From assembly GCA_964419615.1 (NCBI GenBank), contig CAYQPU010000024.1, positions 1 through 24,840 on the forward strand: DNA of 24,840 nt. Reading direction: 5' to 3'. The stretch comes from an uncultured Methanosarcinales archaeon. GTDB taxonomy: Archaea; Nanobdellota; Nanobdellia; Woesearchaeales; JAGVZT01. Below are positions 1-7,482 of this stretch, piece by piece. Below the pieces are notes generated by a model. It was given only the letters and a program-made list of their open reading frames with translations. It was not told the DNA's origin and searched no databases. Within the stretch, counting starts at the first letter, position 1. Each line of letters begins with the position of its first letter. The position numbers were made by a program, and so were the translations under genes.

Positions 1-825
1 GACCTGATTCAAGACATCCAACTGTTTTGTGACTCAACTCCAAATTCATGTAGTAAATCAGGATGTGCATCTCACATTGAAATAGGGAGCATCACTGCTA
101 AAACAGAAACAATAACAATATTTTCAGCACCAAGTATCAGTCAAGGTAAACTGCTGACTTGGACACAACACTGGAGTGTGCCATTTAGAGTAATGAATTT
201 TGTATACCTGTCAAATCCTAGAACCAAGTTCGCATTTGTGGGTAATGATCCTTTACTACATCAACTATATGAAGAGATGCCAGCAAACACAGCGCAGGTT
301 TCTGTTAGCACACCTGCAACAACCAATAATTATATTCTTAGATTAATCTATTTAAATGAAGATCCAACACTCCCAGCTGGTTTAACACATGCTCCAGATA
401 AGGAAATAACAGCATTAAAAATAATTCCACTTGATGATTCTGATGGTTCAGAATATGGTGAAGTTGAGTTTTATAAAAAAGTAGGATCCTCAATGCAAAG
501 CATTGGTAAATCCAAATATGTTGGAGAAAGTACACTATATGGAGCTATCTACAGCACAAATATTGAATCCTATAATTGTGGTCTTAGAAAAGCTCTTGTC
601 AGATTACAAAAAATAGCTGAAATCTACAAACAAAAATCAATGGAATTAGGAAATCTGGACACAGGGTGTGATGAGTATGGATCAATGCTTTCCTTAATAA
701 ACAATATTTACTCAGTTGCAGATGACCTAAACATTGACCAAGCACAAATTATTTATGAAAATTCAAAATCACTAAAAGAAAAAAATCATGCATTAAAAAT
801 AAACTCCTGTCCAACACTATACTAA
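1..825 (+). CDS. 5'-truncated hypothetical secreted/pilin-cluster protein
   Basis: Frame 1 is open from base 1 (DLIQDIQLFCDSTPNSCSKSGC...) through the 178-825 ORF, so the start lies outside the window. Cys-containing, and its stop is 1 nt before the next KKAQ pilin-like gene. Confidence 0.6.
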   Translation, partial: DLIQDIQLFCDSTPNSCSKSGCASHIEIGSITAKTETITIFSAPSISQGKLLTWTQHWSVPFRVMNFVYLSNPRTKFAFVGNDPLLHQLYEEMPANTAQVSVSTPATTNNYILRLIYLNEDPTLPAGLTHAPDKEITALKIIPLDDSDGSEYGEVEFYKKVGSSMQSIGKSKYVGESTLYGAIYSTNIESYNCGLRKALVRLQKIAEIYKQKSMELGNLDTGCDEYGSMLSLINNIYSVADDLNIDQAQIIYENSKSLKEKNHALKINSCPTLY

Positions 826-826
826 A

Positions 827-1318
827 ATGAAGAACAAAAAAGCTCAAATCAAGATTTTTGAAACAATTGCTGTCCTAATTGTATTTTTCTTTATACTAAG
901 TATTGGCATGATTTTTTATGCTAGAGAAATGGAAAAAAGCCAATTAACTGAATTAGAAGAAGGTTTTGAATTACAGGCTCTTGATGTAATACAACTAACA
1001 AGTAACCTTCCTGAACTTCAATGTAGCTCTGATAACATAATTATTGAAAATTGTTTTGATCTAGCTAAACTAAAGTCATTTGCACAAATATATCAAGGTC
1101 AAAATATACAGTATTACACCAATGTACTCGGAAAATCAAGGGTTGTGTTAAATGAAATATATCCTGGAAGTGACACCTGGACATTACATGATCAAAAACC
1201 ATTAGATGACAAAAAGTGGAATACTATGCATAAGAGTCAAATTCCAATTTCAATATTAGATAATCTTGATGATGGTCAGTATAGGGCTGCAGTCTTGACA
1301 ATTGAGGTGTACAGATGA
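827..1318 (+). CDS. Class III signal peptide (type IV pilin-like) protein
   Basis: N-terminus MKNKKA/QIKIFETIAVLIVFFFILSIGMIFY: basic residues, A/Q cleavage-type motif, then a hydrophobic helix. Conserved-looking Cys pair (CSSDNIIIENC). Confidence 0.7.
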   Translation: MKNKKAQIKIFETIAVLIVFFFILSIGMIFYAREMEKSQLTELEEGFELQALDVIQLTSNLPELQCSSDNIIIENCFDLAKLKSFAQIYQGQNIQYYTNVLGKSRVVLNEIYPGSDTWTLHDQKPLDDKKWNTMHKSQIPISILDNLDDGQYRAAVLTIEVYR

Positions 1319-1791
1319 AAAAGGCTCAAACCGAACTGATTGGTTTAGCAATAATCATTGTAATAATCACGCTTGCACTATTATTCTATTTAAGATTATC
1401 AAGCAACAACACTGAAGAACCAGTTAAAAATGACTTTATAACAACAAAGTTGGCTTCAAATCTACTGAGCGTTGTTTTAAGAACAACTGACGAATGTCAG
1501 GATTTGGAAATCAAAGAATTATTTCAAGCATGTGCTGAAGAAATCACTTCAATCCAATACTGTGACACAAATGATCCTTGTGAACGTGCAACATACCTAG
1601 TTAAAAATGAGATTTTTGCAGAAACTGTTGACACTTGGGGCATGCCTTATTTTTTTACAGCAAAATTAGGAGCAATTACAAAAATTGGACCTCTTGGAAC
1701 AGCCTGTCCTGGACCAAAGCAAACAGAAATTTATCCTATACCAACAGATAGGGGACCAATGATGTTAAGGTTGGAAATATGCCAATCATAA
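1315..1791 (+). CDS. Class III signal peptide (type IV pilin-like) protein
   Basis: MKKA/QTELIGLAIIIVIITLALLFYL, six Cys in the soluble domain, ATGA overlap with the upstream gene. Confidence 0.7.
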   Translation: MKKAQTELIGLAIIIVIITLALLFYLRLSSNNTEEPVKNDFITTKLASNLLSVVLRTTDECQDLEIKELFQACAEEITSIQYCDTNDPCERATYLVKNEIFAETVDTWGMPYFFTAKLGAITKIGPLGTACPGPKQTEIYPIPTDRGPMMLRLEICQS

Positions 1792-2120
1792 ACAATTCCA
1801 CAAAAAAAACAATTGCAAACGAAGCAAAACTATGTAAATCATTGTTCTCAAAAGCAAGAGGATTGATGTTTTCTAAACCATATCCCTTAATAATGGAATT
1901 TAACAAAGAATCAATTATTCTTTTGCACATGCTGTTTGTGTTCTGGCCAATTGACATTTTGTTTCTTAACAAAAACAAAAAAGTTGTGGGTCTTGTAAAG
2001 AACGCAAAACCATTCCAATTGCAAATTAAATCAAAGAAACCTGCAATGTATGTAGTTGAACTTCCAGCAGGAACAGTCAAAAAAACAAAAACAAAAATCA
2101 ACCATAATATATCATTTTAA
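1779..2120 (+). CDS. DUF192 family protein
   Basis: Motifs SKARGLMF, HMLFVFWPIDILFL and YVVELPAG match DUF192 as I recall it. Confidence 0.85.
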   Translation: MPIINNSTKKTIANEAKLCKSLFSKARGLMFSKPYPLIMEFNKESIILLHMLFVFWPIDILFLNKNKKVVGLVKNAKPFQLQIKSKKPAMYVVELPAGTVKKTKTKINHNISF

Positions 2121-2137
2121 GAAAAGTATTTAAATCA
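2121..2137 (+). promoter_or_regulatory. BRE/TATA promoter of the M50-like gene
   Basis: GAAAAG followed by TATTTAAAT, about 25 nt upstream of the ATG at 2157. Confidence 0.55.
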
Positions 2138-2156
2138 ATATTTCAGAGGATACACC

Positions 2157-2885
2157 ATGTATGGATTTTATAACTTAATAGACAAAATAAAAAAGTATGC
2201 AAAATTTAGTCCAAAGGAGCTAAAGAGCCTGATTATTGCAATTCTTATTCTAGGCTTTATTGTTGGTTTTAATGATGGCAGATCTGAATTTGAGATCTTT
2301 CCTTGGTTATTGAATCTTTTTAATAGCACGTTAATTGTTGCTTTGGCTGTTTTAGTAAGAGAATTTGTAAGAAGAGCACATGCCCTGCACTTTGGCCATA
2401 AAGTTGAATTTCAAATCTGGTTATTTGGGTTGGGATTCGGATTAATAACAGCAGTAGTATCATATGGAAAAATTCCATTGTTAGTTTATGGTGGTATGAT
2501 GGCAAGCATCCTCCCAGCACACAGAATTGGTTTTTTTAGATATAGGTTAAGTTATAATGATCTTGCTGGAGTTGCATTCACAGCCAATTTCTCAAGTCTT
2601 GTTTTGGCATTATTGTTTAAGATTTTCACATTCTTACCAAATCCATTAATCCATAAAGCAATGACAATAAATTTGATATTCGCATGTGTTAACATGATTC
2701 CCATCCCACCTTTAGATGGGGCAACAATAATTTATGCAAACAGAATGGGATATGTCTTTGCTTTAGTTCTAATCCTATCAGGCTCTGCCTTGCTTTACTA
2801 TGGATCACTCTTATCTGCGGTAATAGGAGCACCAATTATAGCTTTAGTAACTGCATTTATCTACACCTGGAGATTTGAAATATGA
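2157..2885 (+). CDS. M50/site-2 protease-like membrane protein, probably catalytically inactive
   Basis: Multiple TM helices and NMIPIPPLDG (the NxxPxxxxDG motif). The HExxH position reads REFVR. Confidence 0.75.
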   Translation: MYGFYNLIDKIKKYAKFSPKELKSLIIAILILGFIVGFNDGRSEFEIFPWLLNLFNSTLIVALAVLVREFVRRAHALHFGHKVEFQIWLFGLGFGLITAVVSYGKIPLLVYGGMMASILPAHRIGFFRYRLSYNDLAGVAFTANFSSLVLALLFKIFTFLPNPLIHKAMTINLIFACVNMIPIPPLDGATIIYANRMGYVFALVLILSGSALLYYGSLLSAVIGAPIIALVTAFIYTWRFEI

Positions 2886-3205
2886 ACAAAAAAGCAAACC
2901 TTGCTCACAATTGGGTTGAATACTTTTTTTTAGGTTTGGGTATTGTCGGGTTTATAATTGCAGTTAGAGCCAAAACTCCATTCTTAAATTATCTAACAAT
3001 TATAATATGTGGTCTTCTTGGAGGAAGATTTATTTATAAACTCAGAAACAGTCTTAGACTAACTCTTTACCTTTTATTTATGGGGTTCTTAGTAGGCTAC
3101 ATTCTTGGAAGCACACAAGCATCAAGAAAACTTGTACTAATCTTCTTTGTTGTAAGCTGCTTTGTAAGCTATTACTCTCACATAAAGGACTATATTAAGG
3201 TTTAG
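2882..3205 (+). CDS. Small membrane protein (3-4 TM)
   Basis: Hydrophobic segments, ATGA overlap with the M50-like gene. Confidence 0.75.
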   Translation: MNKKANLAHNWVEYFFLGLGIVGFIIAVRAKTPFLNYLTIIICGLLGGRFIYKLRNSLRLTLYLLFMGFLVGYILGSTQASRKLVLIFFVVSCFVSYYSHIKDYIKV

Positions 3206-3241
3206 AAAGCTTTTTAATTCTATAATCATACCTATAAACTA

Positions 3242-5338
3242 ATGCTTTTACAGAAAATTAAACTTAATAATATACGAAGCTATATAGATGAAACAATAAC
3301 TTTCCCAGACAGATCTGTCTTGTTAGCAGGAGATATTGGCTGTGGAAAAAGTTCCATATTGCTAGCAATAGAATTTGCTCTATTTGGTATTGCCAGAGGA
3401 GTTTTGTCAGGTGGCTCCTTATTAAGAGTTGGAGCAGATCAAGGTTCTGTTGAACTATACTTTAAATCTGATGATAATGAATATGTAATCAAACGAACTC
3501 TTAAAAAAGTCAAGCAAGATGTCAGACAAAAATCAGGTTACATATTAATCAATGGACAAAAACAAGAATTAACACCAATTGAGCTAAAAAGCAAGATATT
3601 AGAAATACTTGGATATCCTCCAAACTTATTAACAAAATCTAAATCCTTGATCTTTAGATATACAGTGTATACCCCTCAAGAAGAAATGAAACGTATTCTA
3701 ATGGAATTTTCAGAATATCGACTTGATACACTTCGAAAGTTATTTCAAATTGACAAATATAAACAAATTCGAGAAAATACTCACATCATAATCACAACAC
3801 TTAAACAAAAACTTAACATTTTAAAAGGTCAAATTCAGGACCTTGGAGAAAAGAAAGAACAGTTCCAGGAAAAAAAGAAACAAGCAATATCAACCAAGGA
3901 AAATCTTTCACCAATATCATCACAACTCAATTTTATCAGTAAAGAACTTGATGAAAAAAAGAAACAAGTACAACTACTTGAACAATCAATAAAAAAAGCA
4001 AGTGAGATCAGACAAAAAGTAGATGTTTTAAATGTAAAATTACATGAAAAAATTTCGAGGCGAACTGAAAATAATAACAAAATTCAAAGTATTCAAGATT
4101 ACCTGGCAAAAGCACTAGATCAGATCAGTAATATCTCCGCAGATAAACTAATTGACTTTGATGAATTAAGCAAACAACAAACACTAATCCAAGACACAAT
4201 TAATACATCTATAAGGAAAGAAACAGAACTACATCAATTAATAAAAAGAGAAAAAGAGAAAATAACAGAAGCAGAGGAATCGTTCGTAAATATAACAAAG
4301 CTTGACAAGTGTCCAACTTGTAAGCAGGATGTTCCAGAAAACCACATCCAACATATTTTGGAAAACAAAGCTCTGTTAACAAAGAAATCAACAGAGCAAA
4401 TACAAGTATTAACTAATGAGTTTGATACTGTTAAGAAAAAACATGTTGAATTAAAGAAGAGCAGGGAGGAAGTCCTAAGCTCCACAAAAAATGCAAGAAA
4501 GAATAATGAACATTTTAAGGAAAAACAAAACCTCCAAAAAATTTATAGTGAAAAAGTAAAAGAACAAGAAAAAATCAAGCAAAACCAATCTGACTTAAAA
4601 ACTCAAATCGGAAATATAAATTCTGAAAAACTAAATCTAAATGAACAATTAAAGGAATTTGAAAAATCTGAGAGTGAATTAGAAAAAGCAAAGCAAGCAC
4701 TTGAAAACCAGTTTGAAAAAGAAAAACAACTAAGTTTGGAAAAAACAAAAATTGAAACTGAATTAAACAGCATAATTAAAGAGCTTCAAAATCTGGCAAA
4801 TGAACTTGACAAGAAAAAAGCTGCAAAAGAAACTCAAGAAAACATTAAGCAAAAACTACACTGGATACAGGAGCTATTTGTTAACCTCATGGTTGAAATG
4901 GAACAGCACGTGATGTTAAGAGTATATAATGAATTCAATGAAATATTTCAGCAATTCTTTCAAATCCTAATAGGAGATCAGATTATAGTAAGACTGGATG
5001 AAGAATTCAATCCAATTATTCAACAAGAAGGATATGATATTGAATATGAAGATCTAAGCGGCGGAGAAAAAACCAGCCTTGCTCTTGCATACAGATTAGC
5101 ACTAAACAAAGTAATAAATGACTTGATTCAAAACATCAAAACAAAAGAACTCATAATCTTAGATGAACCAACAGATGGCTTTTCATCTCACCAGCTGGAC
5201 AAAATAAGAGATGTACTAGATCTACTTGGTTGCAAACAAACAATAATTGTTAGCCATGAAACAAAAATAGAAAGCTTTGTAGATAACATAATCAGAATAG
5301 AAAAACATAGTGGTGTGAGCACTGTAAGTTATGTCTAA
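3242..5338 (+). CDS. rad50: Rad50/SbcC-family SMC-like ATPase
   Basis: Walker A GDIGCGKS, Q-loop YTPQEE, long coiled coil with central zinc hook CPTC, signature LSGGE, Walker B/D-loop LIILDEPTDG, H-loop SHE. Confidence 0.93.
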   Translation: MLLQKIKLNNIRSYIDETITFPDRSVLLAGDIGCGKSSILLAIEFALFGIARGVLSGGSLLRVGADQGSVELYFKSDDNEYVIKRTLKKVKQDVRQKSGYILINGQKQELTPIELKSKILEILGYPPNLLTKSKSLIFRYTVYTPQEEMKRILMEFSEYRLDTLRKLFQIDKYKQIRENTHIIITTLKQKLNILKGQIQDLGEKKEQFQEKKKQAISTKENLSPISSQLNFISKELDEKKKQVQLLEQSIKKASEIRQKVDVLNVKLHEKISRRTENNNKIQSIQDYLAKALDQISNISADKLIDFDELSKQQTLIQDTINTSIRKETELHQLIKREKEKITEAEESFVNITKLDKCPTCKQDVPENHIQHILENKALLTKKSTEQIQVLTNEFDTVKKKHVELKKSREEVLSSTKNARKNNEHFKEKQNLQKIYSEKVKEQEKIKQNQSDLKTQIGNINSEKLNLNEQLKEFEKSESELEKAKQALENQFEKEKQLSLEKTKIETELNSIIKELQNLANELDKKKAAKETQENIKQKLHWIQELFVNLMVEMEQHVMLRVYNEFNEIFQQFFQILIGDQIIVRLDEEFNPIIQQEGYDIEYEDLSGGEKTSLALAYRLALNKVINDLIQNIKTKELIILDEPTDGFSSHQLDKIRDVLDLLGCKQTIIVSHETKIESFVDNIIRIEKHSGVSTVSYV

Positions 5339-5347
5339 AAAGGGTTA

Positions 5348-5367
5348 AAATGGCTAAACAGCCATTT
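5348..5367. terminator. Hairpin between convergent transcription units
   Basis: Perfect 8-bp stem AAATGGCT-AAAC-AGCCATTT, 10 nt after the rad50 stop. Confidence 0.45.
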
Positions 5368-5413
5368 CAATTGCCCTTAATAATACCTGGGTTGAAAATA
5401 CCTTAATTTTCAT
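5354..5413 (-). CDS. Candidate micro-ORF MKIKVFSTQVLLRAIEMAV (19 aa)
   Basis: ATG 7 nt after the stop of the MGCCGED ORF, AGGAT upstream. It could be chance or a gene remnant. Confidence 0.2.
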   Translation of the reverse strand: MKIKVFSTQVLLRAIEMAV

Positions 5414-5420
5414 TTTTATC

Positions 5421-5444
5421 CTAATCTTCTCCACAACATCCCAT
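5421..5444 (-). CDS. Candidate micro-ORF MGCCGED (7 aa)
   Basis: Minus strand reads GAGGTGA-gtgac-ATG GGA TGT TGT GGA GAA GAT TAG. The SD is the same as that used by psmA in this window. Confidence 0.4.
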   Translation of the reverse strand: MGCCGED

Positions 5445-5487
5445 GTCACTCACCTCAAATCTGATAAATCATATATGGCTTATTAGG

Positions 5488-5512
5488 ATATTGTCTAAGT
5501 ATTAAACAATAT
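5488..5512. promoter_or_regulatory. Palindromic operator-like site
   Basis: ATATTGT-C-TAA-GTA-TTA-A-ACAATAT: perfect 7-bp outer arms plus a TAA/TTA inner pair, abutting the TATA at 5511-5520. Confidence 0.55.
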
Positions 5513-5520
5513 ATTTAAAA
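5511..5520. promoter_or_regulatory. TATA element, possibly bidirectional
   Basis: ATATTTAAAA gives TTTAAAA on + and TTTAAATA on -. The SD AAGGTGA precedes ATG 5556. Confidence 0.5.
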
Positions 5521-5555
5521 ACAAAATAATCTGTAAAATGGTTAAGGTGATATAA

Positions 5556-6200
5556 ATGGGTAATATTGTAATAGCTCCAGTTGGTTCAAATGTTGAAGCT
5601 GTATTTGTGGGAATAAGAGAGTTTCCTACTGAAAAAGTCATTTTAATAGCTACTTCAGATAGAATGGAACTAGCAGAAAAAACAAAAAAAGAGCTTGATA
5701 GATTTAAGATTCCAACTGAAATAAGAGAAATCAAAGGAGATGTTTGGGAAGGAACATTCCAAGCAGTAGCAGACATCAAGTTCATTGAAAAAGGCAAAGA
5801 AATAATTGTCAACCCATCAACAGGTGATTCTGGTGGAGCAGGTTGTGCAGCATGTTCAGCAGCTTTTGTAAATGGACTAAAAGCAATATCTGTTAGTAAT
5901 AACAAAACCACAATGCTTCCAATAATGAAATTTAATTATTACTCCTTAATCTCAGACAAAAAAAAGGAAATAATGCAATTTCTGCATAAGGAAAAAGATT
6001 GTTGCAGCTCACTTGAAATGCTAAGCAAACGAACAGGAATGAGTCTACCATTAATTTCCTACCATGTAAATGGAAATCTTAAATCCAAAGGCCTAAAAGA
6101 CATGGGATTAATTGAAACAACAGAAAACAAAGGAAGAGTTAGTGTTAATTTAACCGTACTTGGAAGATTACTTGTAAAAGGGTATGTGGATTCAGAATAA
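5556..6200 (+). CDS. CARF-like domain + winged-HTH transcriptional regulator (Csa3/DUF6293-like)
   Basis: N-terminal Rossmann-like pattern (IVIAPVG ... EKVILIAT ... IIVNPSTG). C-terminal wHTH (SLEMLSKRTGMSLPLISYHV ... LKDMGLIE ... LTVLGR). Confidence 0.75.
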   Translation: MGNIVIAPVGSNVEAVFVGIREFPTEKVILIATSDRMELAEKTKKELDRFKIPTEIREIKGDVWEGTFQAVADIKFIEKGKEIIVNPSTGDSGGAGCAACSAAFVNGLKAISVSNNKTTMLPIMKFNYYSLISDKKKEIMQFLHKEKDCCSSLEMLSKRTGMSLPLISYHVNGNLKSKGLKDMGLIETTENKGRVSVNLTVLGRLLVKGYVDSE

Positions 6201-6203
6201 TAT

Positions 6204-6782
6204 TCATTTGTAAAGCTCTGCAGCTAATTCATCCCATTTGGCAATCATAGCTTCACGACCAATTTGCTCCATCTTAGCAAAATGTTCTTTAAATGGAACC
6301 CAGGGGGGATCTTCACTTTCAAATTCTAATGCAGCATAATTTTCAGTAAACTTTCTATAGTTTTCAAAAACTTGGTTAAAGTCTTCAATTGTTGGATAGT
6401 GCTTTCTTACTGCTTCCTTAAAATCCTTGGTTTCACATCTAATTAAAGTTTGATAAAAACCCAGTAAATCCTTAGTTGCCAAATGTGCAAGAGTTCTAAC
6501 CTCCTTTGGGACATCAGAACCTAATGTTTCTAAGGAACTAATAATTCGGCTCGCTTTATATTGAGCAATATCCCTTGTTGGCTCAATTGATAAAAGATCA
6601 GCTTGTCTCACCAGATAATTCTCAATACTATCTTCACAAGCTTTACTAAAACCATACACTTTTTCCAAAATTACATTAAGAAATCTCTCCAAAGCAGAAT
6701 CTTTACAAATAGCATCTACTGACGCTTGGTACAGTTGTCTATTCCAATCATTATTCACTTCAATTATTGCCGCTGCATCCAT
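6204..6782 (-). CDS. Hypothetical all-alpha protein
   Basis: 192-aa ORF with its own TATA (TTTATATA at 6809-6816, minus strand). No family recognised. Confidence 0.7.
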   Translation of the reverse strand: MDAAAIIEVNNDWNRQLYQASVDAICKDSALERFLNVILEKVYGFSKACEDSIENYLVRQADLLSIEPTRDIAQYKASRIISSLETLGSDVPKEVRTLAHLATKDLLGFYQTLIRCETKDFKEAVRKHYPTIEDFNQVFENYRKFTENYAALEFESEDPPWVPFKEHFAKMEQIGREAMIAKWDELAAELYK

Positions 6783-6844
6783 TATAAATGCAGGATAACC
6801 TAAAAAGTTATATAAATCTTACTAAGAATAATTAAAAAAATGCT

Positions 6845-7441
6845 TTAAGGTTCTCTGATAATAAAATCAGAAGCAGCAGCATAATGCCTTAAATATTCTT
6901 TATATAAATCTTCAAGTTCTGGTTTTGCTACCACATGATCTAAATCAACAATAGGATATTTGTGTTTTTTGTCAGGTAATGGGGCAGAAAAAGTTGTTCT
7001 ATTTAGTGGTCTATCTCTGGCAAATGCATAAAAAAAATTGTCAGCATCATTTACAAAGACTTTTTCTAGCAACTCTGACTCAATATTATTTTGGTGTGCA
7101 CCACCAATACTATAAATACCACCTTGGGAAAAATCCTCACTTATAATACCAAGCTTTCCCTCCAAAATTGCATAAATAGAGCACAAATCTACTTGACCTT
7201 TACTAATCTCATAAAGTAATCTCATTTTGGCTAGAATTCCTGGAAAACTTCCACCCACATGATATTCATGTAGATCTAACCCAACAGCAATATCTCCAAA
7301 AAACCCAACCGGATAATATATTTTGTCTTCTGGGTTTTGTAAACCCACAGATCTAGCTGTCTCAAATAATAGTTTAACAAGAGGTTTATCTTGCTGGAGC
7401 TGTGCATGAATCTCTCCATATTTATCATCAAAGCTTTGCAT
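6845..7441 (-). CDS. Hypothetical protein, possible degenerate kinase-like fold
   Basis: 198-aa ORF. YAILEGKLGIISEDFS and PIVDLDHV loosely resemble hinge and DFG-like segments. Confidence 0.6.
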   Translation of the reverse strand: MQSFDDKYGEIHAQLQQDKPLVKLLFETARSVGLQNPEDKIYYPVGFFGDIAVGLDLHEYHVGGSFPGILAKMRLLYEISKGQVDLCSIYAILEGKLGIISEDFSQGGIYSIGGAHQNNIESELLEKVFVNDADNFFYAFARDRPLNRTTFSAPLPDKKHKYPIVDLDHVVAKPELEDLYKEYLRHYAAASDFIIREP

Positions 7442-7482
7442 AGGATATGGAGGTACGATTTAATTTATAATGATTATGTCAA

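Noticed and set aside
5403-5444. Stop-codon read-through of MGCCGED*
   Set aside because: Read-through adds only DKNEN before a TAA, and there is no evidence of recoding elsewhere in the window.
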